The notes beneath the pieces are model-generated. The model was not told the DNA's origin, made no database searches, and saw nothing but the letters and a program-made list of their open reading frames with translations. From positions 1 through 32,567 of the IMG/VR virus record IMGVR_UViG_3300022886_000005: 32,567 nucleotides of DNA, one strand, 5' to 3'. A program made the position numbers and the translations under genes. Source of the stretch: a virus (Duplodnaviria; Caudoviricetes). Below, one piece after another: positions 1-7,492 of the stretch. Numbering within the stretch: the first letter of the stretch is position 1; every line of letters begins with the position of its first letter.

Positions 1-21
1 CATCGAGACCTGGGAGCCACC

Positions 22-183
22 ATGACCGAGCCCAAGCCCGAACCCCGCCACCGAGCCCCGGAAGCCTCGCTCAGCGACTCCGGGCGCTTTGACCCTGCCC
101 GCGTAGCCCGGTGGCGTGAGCAGGCCGCAGCAACCCGCTCAGAGCTGCGCACGGTGTCTCTGACCCGGCCGCGTGGCCGGTGA
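22..183 (+). CDS. Hypothetical protein (53 aa)
   Basis: ATG at 22 is preceded by ACCTGGGAG (8-16). TGA 181-183 overlaps the next GTG (GTGA). Below the ORF-track length cutoff. Confidence 0.6.
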   Translation: MTEPKPEPRHRAPEASLSDSGRFDPARVARWREQAAATRSELRTVSLTRPRGR

Positions 184-362
184 GGGCCGTAGCGCTCGGC
201 CTGGCCGTGCTCGGGGTGGCCATCCTCTGCGTGTCGGCCTGGGCGGCGTTCAACACCGTGGTCTACAGCTCGGCGCGCGTCTGGGCGGCGTGCCTGTTCG
301 CGCTCGGCATGGTGGTCACCGTGTCGGCCGGCATCGTCTGGCCGCTGAAGCCCCCGAAGTGA
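180..362 (+). CDS. Small membrane protein (2 TM)
   Basis: Two hydrophobic segments. GTGA overlaps on both sides. Confidence 0.75.
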   Translation: MRAVALGLAVLGVAILCVSAWAAFNTVVYSSARVWAACLFALGMVVTVSAGIVWPLKPPK

Positions 363-547
363 GTACCCCGGCGCGACGGCGCACCGATCCGCCAGACCTG
401 CGACCGTGGCTGGAGACCTACCCGCGCGGCCAGGTGCTCGCGCTGATGATCGCCCCGCAGGCGGCCTACGCTGCCGGGTCGCCGAGCCTGGCCGTGCTGA
501 TGCTGTTCGTCCTGGTCTTCGTGCTGGTTCGGGGCCGCCGGAAGTGA
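359..547 (+). CDS. Small membrane protein
   Basis: GTG at 359 overlaps the upstream stop. C-terminal hydrophobic helix followed by RGRRK. Confidence 0.7.
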   Translation: MSTPARRRTDPPDLRPWLETYPRGQVLALMIAPQAAYAAGSPSLAVLMLFVLVFVLVRGRRK

Positions 548-553
548 CTTTGC

Positions 554-598
554 CCCATGGGTTGCACGACTGTCCGCCCATGGGTTACTGTTCTCCCA
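554..598 (+). promoter_or_regulatory. Paired-CCCATGGG operator/promoter, copy 1
   Basis: CCCATGGG at 554-561 and 577-584. -35 TTGCAC 562-567, 18-bp spacer, -10 TACTGT 586-591, predicted +1 at A598. Confidence 0.85.
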
Positions 599-637
599 TC
601 GGCCCCGCAGGGGGGCCGAGAGCCTGGGAGGCAGAAC

Positions 638-814
638 ATGGAAGCTCTGATCGCGGTCTTGGTCTTGGCCCTTGTCTACGGGGTCAGCGCCGCCGGCCAT
701 GTCCTGTGGGGCCGGCTCCAGGAGGATGCCGCGTGGGACGAGAACGAGCGCCGGGACCGCCGGGAGCGTGCCCAGCTCGCCTGGAGCACCAGCGACCCGG
801 AAGCCGTCCGATGA
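638..814 (+). CDS. Small membrane-anchored protein
   Basis: CCTGGGAG-GCAGAAC-ATG start. N-terminal TM helix. Confidence 0.75.
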   Translation: MEALIAVLVLALVYGVSAAGHVLWGRLQEDAAWDENERRDRRERAQLAWSTSDPEAVR

Positions 815-969
815 CCGCCGTGTTCCTGCTGCTGGGCCTGCTGGCCGTCATCTGGATCGCCGGCGGCGCCTACAGCGCCCGGGAGGGCATGCGGGACCGC
901 TACGCCGCCCAGCGCAACCTGCGCGCGGCCTACGTCCGGGCCGGCAAGACCCCGCCGGACTACCTGTGA
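811..969 (+). CDS. Small membrane-anchored protein
   Basis: ATGA overlap with the upstream gene. N-terminal TM helix (MTAVFLLLGLLAVIWIAGG). Confidence 0.75.
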   Translation: MTAVFLLLGLLAVIWIAGGAYSAREGMRDRYAAQRNLRAAYVRAGKTPPDYL

Positions 970-974
970 GACCC

Positions 975-1009
975 CCCGGCCGCCGGTGACCCCGAGCCCG
1001 GCGGCCGGG
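975..1009 (+). other. Intergenic GC-rich stem-loop (12-bp stem)
   Basis: CCCGGCCGCCGG (975-986) and CCGGCGGCCGGG (998-1009). Confidence 0.6.
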
Positions 1010-1044
1010 TGCGTAACCGAAGCTCGGGGACCTGGGAGAAGCGA

Positions 1045-1239
1045 ATGGCGCGGCTGTGGCTCGGACAGGGAGAACCTGACCCGAACAAGACCAAGACGTG
1101 CCCGCTCTGCGGCGGGGACAAGACGATCACCGAGACCGTCAAGTCGGCCTACGGGCCCGAGAGCAAGCGGTACCACCCCGACTACGAACGGACGGTCACC
1201 TGTCCGACCTGCAACGGGTCGGGCCAGGTCCCGGCCTGA
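1045..1239 (+). CDS. DnaJ-type zinc-finger protein
   Basis: CPLCGG and CPTCNGSG motifs (CxxCxGxG type). Start follows ACCTGGGAG 1030-1038. Confidence 0.8.
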   Translation: MARLWLGQGEPDPNKTKTCPLCGGDKTITETVKSAYGPESKRYHPDYERTVTCPTCNGSGQVPA

Positions 1240-1248
1240 GGTTCCACC

Positions 1249-1274
1249 GGGCGGGGCCCGACCGGGCCCCGCCC
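1249..1274 (+). other. Stem-loop with GACC loop preceding the RBS
   Basis: GGGCGGGGCCC-GACC-GGGCCCCGCCC. The same core recurs at 5035-5060. Confidence 0.65.
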
Positions 1275-1296
1275 CCTACCTGGGAGACATCAGAAC

Positions 1297-1965
1297 ATGA
1301 ACGAGACGACCGTGCGCTACCGCACCGAGGGCCGCAACCCCGACATCTACACGCGACGGACCTGGACGCTGGACCAGAGCGACGCCCCGAACGTGGACCT
1401 GCTCCGCCGGACGCTGGAGTTCGTCACCGAACACCGCAACCTGCACGATCAGGGCCGTTGGTTCGGCTTCCGCGACACCGATGACATCGAAGGCACCTAC
1501 CCCACCGACAACCCCGAGGTGGTCGAGCGGGTCAAGGGCCGACTGGCCGAGGCGGGCACCGAGAAGGTCCCGGCGCTGCCCGACGAGCAGTGCGGAACCA
1601 CCGGGTGCCTGTTCGGTTGGGCTGCCGTCCTCGGTGGCGGACCGGTCACGGTGACCGTGATCCCGGCGCACAAGGACGCGTGGGGCGATCTGATCCCCGA
1701 GCAGGCTCAGCTGGAGCTGGACAGCATACGGGGCTGGCGGTTCGAGGGGGCCGACCTGCTGGACCTGAACCACGACAACGCCGAGGCGGTCAGCGCCCCG
1801 GGCAACTCGCTCGGCGACCTCTGGCGGATGGCCAGCATCATCACCGGGGGCGCCATCGTGGTGCCGGCCGAGTTCGCCAGCTACGACGGCCTCGCCGAGG
1901 CGGCCGGGCGTGACGCCGAGAACGCGACCGACCCGGACCGCTGCGACTGCGGGTGCGAGGACTGA
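1297..1965 (+). CDS. Hypothetical phage protein (CGTTGCLFGWA motif)
   Basis: 222-aa ORF with GC3-biased codons and a CCTGGGAG start motif. The Cys motif is of a type recurrent in actinophage proteins of unknown function. Confidence 0.85.
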   Translation: MNETTVRYRTEGRNPDIYTRRTWTLDQSDAPNVDLLRRTLEFVTEHRNLHDQGRWFGFRDTDDIEGTYPTDNPEVVERVKGRLAEAGTEKVPALPDEQCGTTGCLFGWAAVLGGGPVTVTVIPAHKDAWGDLIPEQAQLELDSIRGWRFEGADLLDLNHDNAEAVSAPGNSLGDLWRMASIITGGAIVVPAEFASYDGLAEAAGRDAENATDPDRCDCGCED

Positions 1966-2069
1966 TGGCCACGCGCTCAGGTGGCCGGGGGCTCAGCCCC
2001 CTGGTCACCTGGGCGCTGGTCCTGGTCCTGCTGGTGCTGTTGGCCAGCGGCTGGGACGGCGCCCGATGA
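1965..2069 (+). CDS. Small membrane peptide (34 aa)
   Basis: TGATG overlap upstream and ATGA overlap downstream. Single TM segment LVTWALVLVLLVLLA. Confidence 0.6.
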   Translation: MATRSGGRGLSPLVTWALVLVLLVLLASGWDGAR

Positions 2070-2257
2070 TGACCTGGGAAGCCGCACTGAGGGCCCGTGC
2101 CAGCGGGCACGGTGCCGACGCGGATGCGGCCCGGCTGGAGCTGGCCGAGCTGTCCCGGCTGCGCGAGATCGAGAGCGCGGCACGTGGGCTCTACCTGAAC
2201 GACAGCCCGACCGCCTGGCAGTACCTGACGGACGCGCTGGTCGGCACCAAGCGCTAA
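2066..2257 (+). CDS. Hypothetical protein
   Basis: ATG at 2066 is coupled to the upstream stop. The ORF ends exactly at the next promoter element. Confidence 0.7.
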   Translation: MMTWEAALRARASGHGADADAARLELAELSRLREIESAARGLYLNDSPTAWQYLTDALVGTKR

Positions 2258-2301
2258 CCCATGGGTGGTGGAATACCCGCCCATGGGTTACGTTGAACGA
2301 G
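2258..2301 (+). promoter_or_regulatory. Paired-CCCATGGG operator/promoter, copy 2
   Basis: CCCATGGG at 2258-2265 and 2280-2287. -10 TACGTT 2289-2294. Non-consensus -35 (TGGTGG). Confidence 0.75.
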
Positions 2302-2442
2302 ACGTAGGGCAGTCCCGGATCCGGGAGCGCGCCCGGCCAGGTCGGGGGACCTGGCCACCCGAGGGTCGGCCGCAGCTGGGGAGCGGCGGCCGACCCTCCC
2401 ACCCGGCCCGGTGGCGGCATTCGTCACCCGGCCGTAGTGCCC
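2301..2442 (+). ncRNA. Putative structured RNA or 5' leader with four tandem hairpins
   Basis: Stems at 2307-2334, 2335-2356, 2361-2398 and 2404-2434. Two GGGG loops. G-U pairs in the last stem favour the + strand. Begins at the predicted +1 of promoter copy 2. Confidence 0.55.
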
Positions 2443-2477
2443 AAACGATCACCTGGGAACACAGAGAGGACAGACCC

Positions 2478-2675
2478 ATGGCATGGGGAAGTGGCAAGGG
2501 GAACGGCAGCAACGCGGGCTCGGACGGGGCCAACGCCCCGAAGGGTGCGGTCGGCAACATCAGCGCCGCGCAGATGCGCGACCTGGAGCGCCGCGCAGAG
2601 ACCCGCAGCGACGAGGAGACCGCGCACTACGTGGCCCTCCAGCAGCAGAGCTACGAGAAGAGGAATCAGAACTGA
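2478..2675 (+). CDS. Hypothetical protein (paralog of the next gene)
   Basis: GAGGA RBS. TGATG overlap downstream. ISxAxxxDLxRR motif. Confidence 0.75.
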   Translation: MAWGSGKGNGSNAGSDGANAPKGAVGNISAAQMRDLERRAETRSDEETAHYVALQQQSYEKRNQN

Positions 2676-2860
2676 TGGCCTACACCCGGGGGCGCGACGG
2701 CGCCGAGACTCCGCCGGCCCGCAGCACGATCAGCGATGCGGACTGGGAAGACCTCAACCGCCGCCGGGGCGCTCGGTCCAACGACTACGAGACCGACGAC
2801 CAGTACGCCGAACGAACCCGACGGTCCGAGGACCAGCGCCAGAAGCGGGAGCAGAGCTGA
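2675..2860 (+). CDS. Hypothetical protein (paralog of the previous gene)
   Basis: TGATG overlaps on both ends. ISDADWEDLNRR motif. Confidence 0.75.
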   Translation: MAYTRGRDGAETPPARSTISDADWEDLNRRRGARSNDYETDDQYAERTRRSEDQRQKREQS

Positions 2861-2991
2861 TGGGGCTGCGCGACGAGTGGGCCAAGACGGTCGACCTGGA
2901 CGACTACCGGGCCGAACTGGAAGACAGGGGCGCAACGCCTGAGGACGTCAATGCCGCCGTGGAAGACCTGCGGCGCCGACAGGAGAGCTGA
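2860..2991 (+). CDS. Hypothetical protein (43 aa)
   Basis: TGATG overlap with the upstream gene. GC3-biased codons. Confidence 0.65.
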   Translation: MGLRDEWAKTVDLDDYRAELEDRGATPEDVNAAVEDLRRRQES

Positions 2992-2993
2992 CC

Positions 2994-3647
2994 GTGAATC
3001 CGCGCCCGCCCGCTGCTACCTGCCCCTCGTGCACCAAGCGCGTGGAGCCCGTGGAAGTGGGCGGGCGCTTCCCCGTCCACTACGTGCCAGGCACGCCCCG
3101 GCGTCGGTGTCAGCCGACACCGACGATCGTCCGCCGCTACCACCTGGTACACCCGTGCATCACCTGCGCCGCGTTGCCCGAGCGCCCGGCCGACTGGTCC
3201 CTGATGAATGCCGACGCCACCGAGTGGCGTCCCGAGACTCCCCGCCCGCTCGATCCCGAGTCCGGCCCCCGCCTGCCCGAGTGCGTCACGCACCGGCGGG
3301 CCCGCCTGGCGGCCCAGAAGGCCCGTAGGCGCGCGAGTGCCCGAGTGCGCGACCGGGGAGTGGCCGAGGAGGACCGTGACGAGCTGTGGGCTGCGCAGGG
3401 CTCCGCGTGCATCTGCGGGCGCGCGCTCACCAGCACCGGCAAGGCCCCGACGCTGGACCACGACCACCGCCGAGCCGCCGGCCACGACCACGACACCGTG
3501 AAGGCGTGCCGCCGGTGCGCGCGCGGGGCCCTGTGCGACACCTGCAACCGCATCCTGGTCGGGCGCTATTCGCCGACGCAGCTGCGGATGGTGGCGCGCT
3601 ACATGGAACACCCCACCGCCGAACTGCTCGGCTGGTGGGACGACTGA
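2994..3647 (+). CDS. Recombination endonuclease VII-family (His-Me finger) nuclease
   Basis: LWAAQGSACICG...LDHDH...RGALCDTCN matches the T4 endonuclease VII signature. Extra N-terminal Cys motifs. Confidence 0.85.
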   Translation: MNPRPPAATCPSCTKRVEPVEVGGRFPVHYVPGTPRRRCQPTPTIVRRYHLVHPCITCAALPERPADWSLMNADATEWRPETPRPLDPESGPRLPECVTHRRARLAAQKARRRASARVRDRGVAEEDRDELWAAQGSACICGRALTSTGKAPTLDHDHRRAAGHDHDTVKACRRCARGALCDTCNRILVGRYSPTQLRMVARYMEHPTAELLGWWDD

Positions 3648-3663
3648 TCGAGAGGACTCCACC

Positions 3664-4452
3664 GTGGGAAAGATGGGCCTGGGGAGCATGACCCCCGACG
3701 AGATCGCCAAGCGTTGTGAGGCACGCGGGGCTCGGGTGATACGCGACGGGCACATCTTCAAGGTCTACCCGGGCGACCCACGCAAACCCCCACTCTCGTT
3801 CTCCGCACTGCACGTCGGCGCCCGAGGGGCTGCCCGATCGAACCTTGTGTCAGACCTGCGCAAACGTGGGATTGACGTCCTGGCAGACACTCCGGCGGAT
3901 CAGCCGCCGGTGATCACAAAGAAGGAGCCAACCGTGGTCGCACCAACCGAGCCAACTCGCCCCCCGGCCGAGGACCGGACGAACATCAGGGGCAACGGCG
4001 ACTCGCCCTACGTCCAGCGCCCGACCGTGGTGCCGTTCGACTACCGCAAGGCGTACGAGGACGTGAAGGGCCAGGTGGCCGCACTGGCCAAGCGCCTGGA
4101 GGAGTCCGAGACGACCACGCTCGGGATGCTGGAGCCGATCCAGGCGCAGCTGACCGAGATGGATGCCCGGCTGGAGACCGTGGCACCCAAGCCCAAGCCG
4201 AAGCCGCCCTCGACCTCGGCCATCTGTCGCCGGGAGGTGTTGGCCTTCTTTGCCGCTGTGCCGGCCGGCTTCAAGGCCAGTCCCTCGACCGTGGAGGCCA
4301 ACATCGCTGACCGGCTGCCGGCCGACCGGGCCAAGACCTCGGTTGCGTTGGCCTGCCAGGCGCTCCAGAAGGACGGAAAGTTGGCCGGCGGTGCGCGCGG
4401 GATCTCGGCGACCATGGGCCTGTACTGGCGCGAGGAGCCGAAGAAGGACTGA
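3664..4452 (+). CDS. HicA-like N-terminal domain, coiled coil and C-terminal winged-helix-like domain
   Basis: N-terminal EIAKRCEARGARVIRDGHIFKVYP...NLVSDLRKRG fits the HicA alpha-beta-beta-beta-alpha pattern. The C-terminus has a helix-helix-helix-wing pattern ending LYW. Alternative start at 3688. Confidence 0.6.
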   Translation: MGKMGLGSMTPDEIAKRCEARGARVIRDGHIFKVYPGDPRKPPLSFSALHVGARGAARSNLVSDLRKRGIDVLADTPADQPPVITKKEPTVVAPTEPTRPPAEDRTNIRGNGDSPYVQRPTVVPFDYRKAYEDVKGQVAALAKRLEESETTTLGMLEPIQAQLTEMDARLETVAPKPKPKPPSTSAICRREVLAFFAAVPAGFKASPSTVEANIADRLPADRAKTSVALACQALQKDGKLAGGARGISATMGLYWREEPKKD

Positions 4453-4465
4453 GAAGAAGTTCTAT

Positions 4466-4510
4466 CCCATGGGTTGCGCGGGCCGTGACCCATGGGATAG
4501 TGTTCCTTCA
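4466..4510 (+). promoter_or_regulatory. Paired-CCCATGGG operator/promoter, copy 3
   Basis: CCCATGGG at 4466-4473 and 4489-4496. -35 TTGCGC 4474-4479, 18-bp spacer, -10 TAGTGT 4498-4503, +1 at A4510. Confidence 0.85.
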
Positions 4511-4551
4511 TCGGGCCGGACAAGCCGGCCCCCGAGGCCCTGGAGGCCCCG

Positions 4552-5028
4552 ATGTCCGCTCAGACCTCCGCCCCCCGCCCCTTCGTTGACGGGATCGAGA
4601 AGGCCGCCTACCAGGCCGGGCACGTCAGCCCGATCATGGCCAACCTGGGCACCCCGCCGGCCATGCCGACCCCGGCGCAGACCGACGCCGAGCTGATCTC
4701 GCACCTGTACGACGTGGCTGAGCGCCAGGCCGATCAGCGCCGGGTTGACGCCCTGCGGATCACCGAGCTGGAGCGCCGGGCCGAGCACGCCGAGAAGGTG
4801 GCTCGTACGGCGATGGCCGACTACAGCGAGACCCTGCGCCAGGCGGAGAACAAGGACGCGGCCTACGCCGAGGTCCGGCACGCCCTGGCCGAGGCAGAGG
4901 ACCAGCGCGACAACTACCGGCGCCAGCTGGGCGCCGCCCTGGCCAAGATCCAGGAACTGCGGGCCGGTATCGGCGCCCTGGCCTCGGCCGACGAGCGCGC
5001 GGGGCGCCGCTGGCTCGGGCAGGGCTGA
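4552..5028 (+). CDS. Coiled-coil hypothetical protein
   Basis: CCTGGAGG RBS. Heptad-rich C-terminal half. Confidence 0.85.
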   Translation: MSAQTSAPRPFVDGIEKAAYQAGHVSPIMANLGTPPAMPTPAQTDAELISHLYDVAERQADQRRVDALRITELERRAEHAEKVARTAMADYSETLRQAENKDAAYAEVRHALAEAEDQRDNYRRQLGAALAKIQELRAGIGALASADERAGRRWLGQG

Positions 5029-5034
5029 CACACT

Positions 5035-5081
5035 CCGGGGGGCCCGACCGGGCCCCCCGGCCCCCGGGGCCGACTGGCCCC
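5035..5081 (+). other. Two stem-loops (GACC and GACT loops) preceding the RBS
   Basis: CCGGGGGGCCC-GACC-GGGCCCCCCGG (5035-5060) and GGGGCC-GACT-GGCCCC (5066-5081). Confidence 0.6.
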
Positions 5082-5098
5082 ATCACCTGGGAGCAACG

Positions 5099-5506
5099 AT
5101 GAACGAGCGCATGATCCGGGCCAAGCTGGTCGTCGAGTACATGGCCGGCGACGAGGAGGGCGGCAGCACGCCGGTCGGCGAAGTCACGATCGAGGCCGAC
5201 GTCGCGGCCGAGGAGGGCAGCGTGTCCCTCGGGGTCGCCCTGCTGCTGGGTCGCCTGACCGGAGCGACCGTGAACAAGGTCCAGGAGCACCTGGGCGAAG
5301 AGTCCGCGTCCGTGCAGGTGCTGCGGTACCTGGCCAGTCACGCCGAGGGTGACGAGCGCGCGCAGCGTCTCCTGGCGGCCTTCGCCAGTCAGAACGACGG
5401 CCAGGCTCGGGACAAGCTGCCCGACGGTTCGGCGCCCTCGATCGAGGAGCTGAACGAGATGTTCCGCCGGGCCGGTTACGGCACCGGTGAGCACGGTAAC
5501 GACTGA
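5099..5506 (+). CDS. Hypothetical protein
   Basis: ATCACCTGGGAG-CAACG-ATG start. GC3-biased codons. Confidence 0.85.
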   Translation: MNERMIRAKLVVEYMAGDEEGGSTPVGEVTIEADVAAEEGSVSLGVALLLGRLTGATVNKVQEHLGEESASVQVLRYLASHAEGDERAQRLLAAFASQNDGQARDKLPDGSAPSIEELNEMFRRAGYGTGEHGND

Positions 5507-5535
5507 CCAACGCCACCGGGAGCCCCGGCCCCTGC

Positions 5536-5579
5536 CCCATGGGTAGGCGCCGGGGCTCCCATGGGTTACTGTGGAGGAA
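5536..5579 (+). promoter_or_regulatory. Paired-CCCATGGG operator/promoter, copy 4 (leaderless), embedded in an inverted repeat
   Basis: CCCATGGG at 5536-5543 and 5558-5565. -10 TACTGT 5567-5572, with ATG 6 nt later. Overlapped by a 12-bp inverted repeat at 5518-5529/5549-5560. Confidence 0.8.
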
Positions 5580-6037
5580 TGATGACGACCAACGAGACCG
5601 GCCGAGGCGCGCCGGAGCACATCGGTGATGGCGTCTACCGCGTGCCGGTCACGCTGGACGACATCCGGGAGATCCACGACCGCACCACCTGGCCGGCGAT
5701 CCAGGAACTCAAGCGCCGACGCGACGAGTTGATCCGTGAAGCCCTGGCCCACGGCGATCTGACGCAGGCCGAGATCGTGAACGCCGGCATCCTGAGCGAC
5801 GGGCACATCTACCGGCTCCGGAAGGGCCAGACCTCCGGCGCGACCCGAACCGACGCGCCGGAGCAGACCGAGCTGGGCCAGATCATGGCCCTGCGGGCCG
5901 AGCGCACCCGGCTGGTCGGGGAACTGGAGCGCCTGGGCGGTGACCTGGGCATCCCGCTGGACGCGCTCCAGGTGCGCAGTCGCGCACTGGGCCAGCGGCT
6001 CTCGGTCGTGGAGGCCGAGTTGCACGAGTTCGAGTAA
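5579..6037 (+). CDS. Helix-turn-helix DNA-binding protein with C-terminal coiled coil
   Basis: RDELIREALAHGDLTQAEIVNAGILSDGHIYRLRKG fits an HTH pattern. Confidence 0.7.
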   Translation: MMTTNETGRGAPEHIGDGVYRVPVTLDDIREIHDRTTWPAIQELKRRRDELIREALAHGDLTQAEIVNAGILSDGHIYRLRKGQTSGATRTDAPEQTELGQIMALRAERTRLVGELERLGGDLGIPLDALQVRSRALGQRLSVVEAELHEFE

Positions 6038-6073
6038 GACCGAGCAGTACCGAAGTCCTGGGAGGACAGAGCA

Positions 6074-6298
6074 ATGCCGAACGTGACCAACCCCTGGTGG
6101 AAGGACGCCAGCGACTCCGAGGAGATCGCGGCGACTCTCGACGACATGGCCGACGAGCTGTCCGCCGAGGCCACCACCCGACGCCAGCGTGCGGAGGTGG
6201 GCCGGCTCAAGAAGGCCGCCGCCGAACTGCGCACCCAGCACGACATTCCGGCACCGCCGCCGACGATCGCGCGGCGGGCCCCGAGCACCGAGGAGTAG
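6074..6298 (+). CDS. Hypothetical protein
   Basis: CCTGGGAGGACAGA start motif. Confidence 0.8.
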   Translation: MPNVTNPWWKDASDSEEIAATLDDMADELSAEATTRRQRAEVGRLKKAAAELRTQHDIPAPPPTIARRAPSTEE

Positions 6299-6302
6299 GC
6301 CA

Positions 6303-6575
6303 ATGACCGAGCGCGATCACCTGGACGTCGAACAGGCTCGGGTCCGTCTGGCGGCCCTGGGCCTGTCGGCCGTGGCGGCCCTGGTCGCCGTGGTCGCGCT
6401 CGGGCTGACCCTGTGGCTGTGGGCCATCGGCGCGGCCCTGTTCGCCGCCGGGTCCAGCGCCTGGGCGGCGCGCATGTACGCCGCCCAGGAGAACCGTCGG
6501 ACGATGCTGGCCGCGCAGGGACGGGCGACCCGCGCCTACGCCGATCCGTATGCCGACCCTCCCGAGGAGATGTGA
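6303..6575 (+). CDS. Membrane protein (2 TM)
   Basis: GAGGAG RBS. Long hydrophobic stretch. Confidence 0.8.
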   Translation: MTERDHLDVEQARVRLAALGLSAVAALVAVVALGLTLWLWAIGAALFAAGSSAWAARMYAAQENRRTMLAAQGRATRAYADPYADPPEEM

Positions 6576-6577
6576 CC

Positions 6578-6745
6578 GTGGGGATCTTCAAGCGCAAGTG
6601 CTGGTGCGGGTCCGGGTTCGAGCAGGGCTTCTGCAACCACCAGGCCGCCGTCAAGGAAGCCACGACCGGGCGCCCGACCCGGCTTCAGAAGGCCGTGGCC
6701 ACCAACGGCAACCCGACCGTGAAGAGGCGCCGCAGGCGCGCCTGA
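6578..6745 (+). CDS. SEC-C-like zinc-binding basic peptide
   Basis: CWCGSG...C-x-H motif and an Arg-rich C-terminus. GAGGAG RBS. Alternative GTG at 6572. Confidence 0.7.
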   Translation: MGIFKRKCWCGSGFEQGFCNHQAAVKEATTGRPTRLQKAVATNGNPTVKRRRRRA

Positions 6746-6756
6746 TACTGATCCGT

Positions 6757-6787
6757 GACGGCCGGGCCCCTACCGGGTCCGGCCGTC
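6757..6787 (+). other. Stem-loop preceding the RBS
   Basis: GACGGCCGGGCCC / GGGTCCGGCCGTC, a 13-bp stem with one G-U pair. Confidence 0.6.
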
Positions 6788-6809
6788 CGTGTCCCTGGGA
6801 GTGGACGAC

Positions 6810-7031
6810 ATGGCAGTGACCTACCGGACCGAGCGCCGGACCGTGAATCTGTGCGACGACTGCGGCGACGTCGGCCCCTACGCCGAAACGCATGCCCTGG
6901 TGGCCGTGATGAACGGCGACATGGACCACGCAGCCGAAGTGCTGCGCGAGTCCACCGCGATGGAGCTGAGCCAGCTGGAGGACTACGGCGACATGCTGGC
7001 GCAGGCCGCCGCACAGGCGCGGGTGCGCTGA
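6810..7031 (+). CDS. Hypothetical protein (CxxC)
   Basis: CCTGGGAGTGGAC start motif. TGATG overlap downstream. Confidence 0.75.
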   Translation: MAVTYRTERRTVNLCDDCGDVGPYAETHALVAVMNGDMDHAAEVLRESTAMELSQLEDYGDMLAQAAAQARVR

Positions 7032-7492
7032 TGCCGGCCGGTCGCCCTGCGCCGGACCCGCGCAAGGTCGCCCGCGCCGGCGTGATGCGCCGGGACGGCG
7101 CGTACCTGCACGAGATCGCCCGCGCGCTCGGGGTCTCCACGGAGACCGCGCGCAGCTACGTGCGGATCTTCGAACACGCCGAGCAGTGGGTGCCGGCCTA
7201 CAACCGGGCCCAGATCGTCGCCGACGCGACCGGGCTGCTGGAGGAACTGAAGCTGCGCGGACTCAAGCGCCTGGACGAGCGCGGCGCCGAGTTCGAGAAG
7301 GTGGCCCCGGTCGTGGTGACCGTGGTCCGGGAAATCCTGAAGATCCACGGTGGGTACGCGCCGACCTCGGTCACGCTGCACACCGACGAGCCGCGCCCGG
7401 ACCCGGAGATGATCCGGGCCATCCGTGAGGCGCAGGCCATCGCCGCGCGAGACCGTGCGGCGATCGATGACGACACTGGGAGTGGACCATGA
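7031..7492 (+). CDS. terS: Probable terminase small subunit (N-terminal HTH)
   Basis: HTH (MRRDGAYLHEIARALGVSTETARSYV) followed by helices, 153 aa, upstream of TerL. Confidence 0.65.
   Translation: MPAGRPAPDPRKVARAGVMRRDGAYLHEIARALGVSTETARSYVRIFEHAEQWVPAYNRAQIVADATGLLEELKLRGLKRLDERGAEFEKVAPVVVTVVREILKIHGGYAPTSVTLHTDEPRPDPEMIRAIREAQAIAARDRAAIDDDTGSGP

Noticed and set aside
2301-2442. tRNA or tmRNA identity for the structured region
   Set aside because: There is no T-loop (TTCGA) in a cloverleaf context, no acceptor-stem/CCA arrangement, and the stem lengths do not fit.
4230-4452. C-terminal domain resembling a Z-alpha (Z-DNA/Z-RNA binding) domain
   Set aside because: The spacing fits a winged helix, but the recognition-helix Asn and Tyr of Z-alpha are absent, so it is called only wHTH-like.
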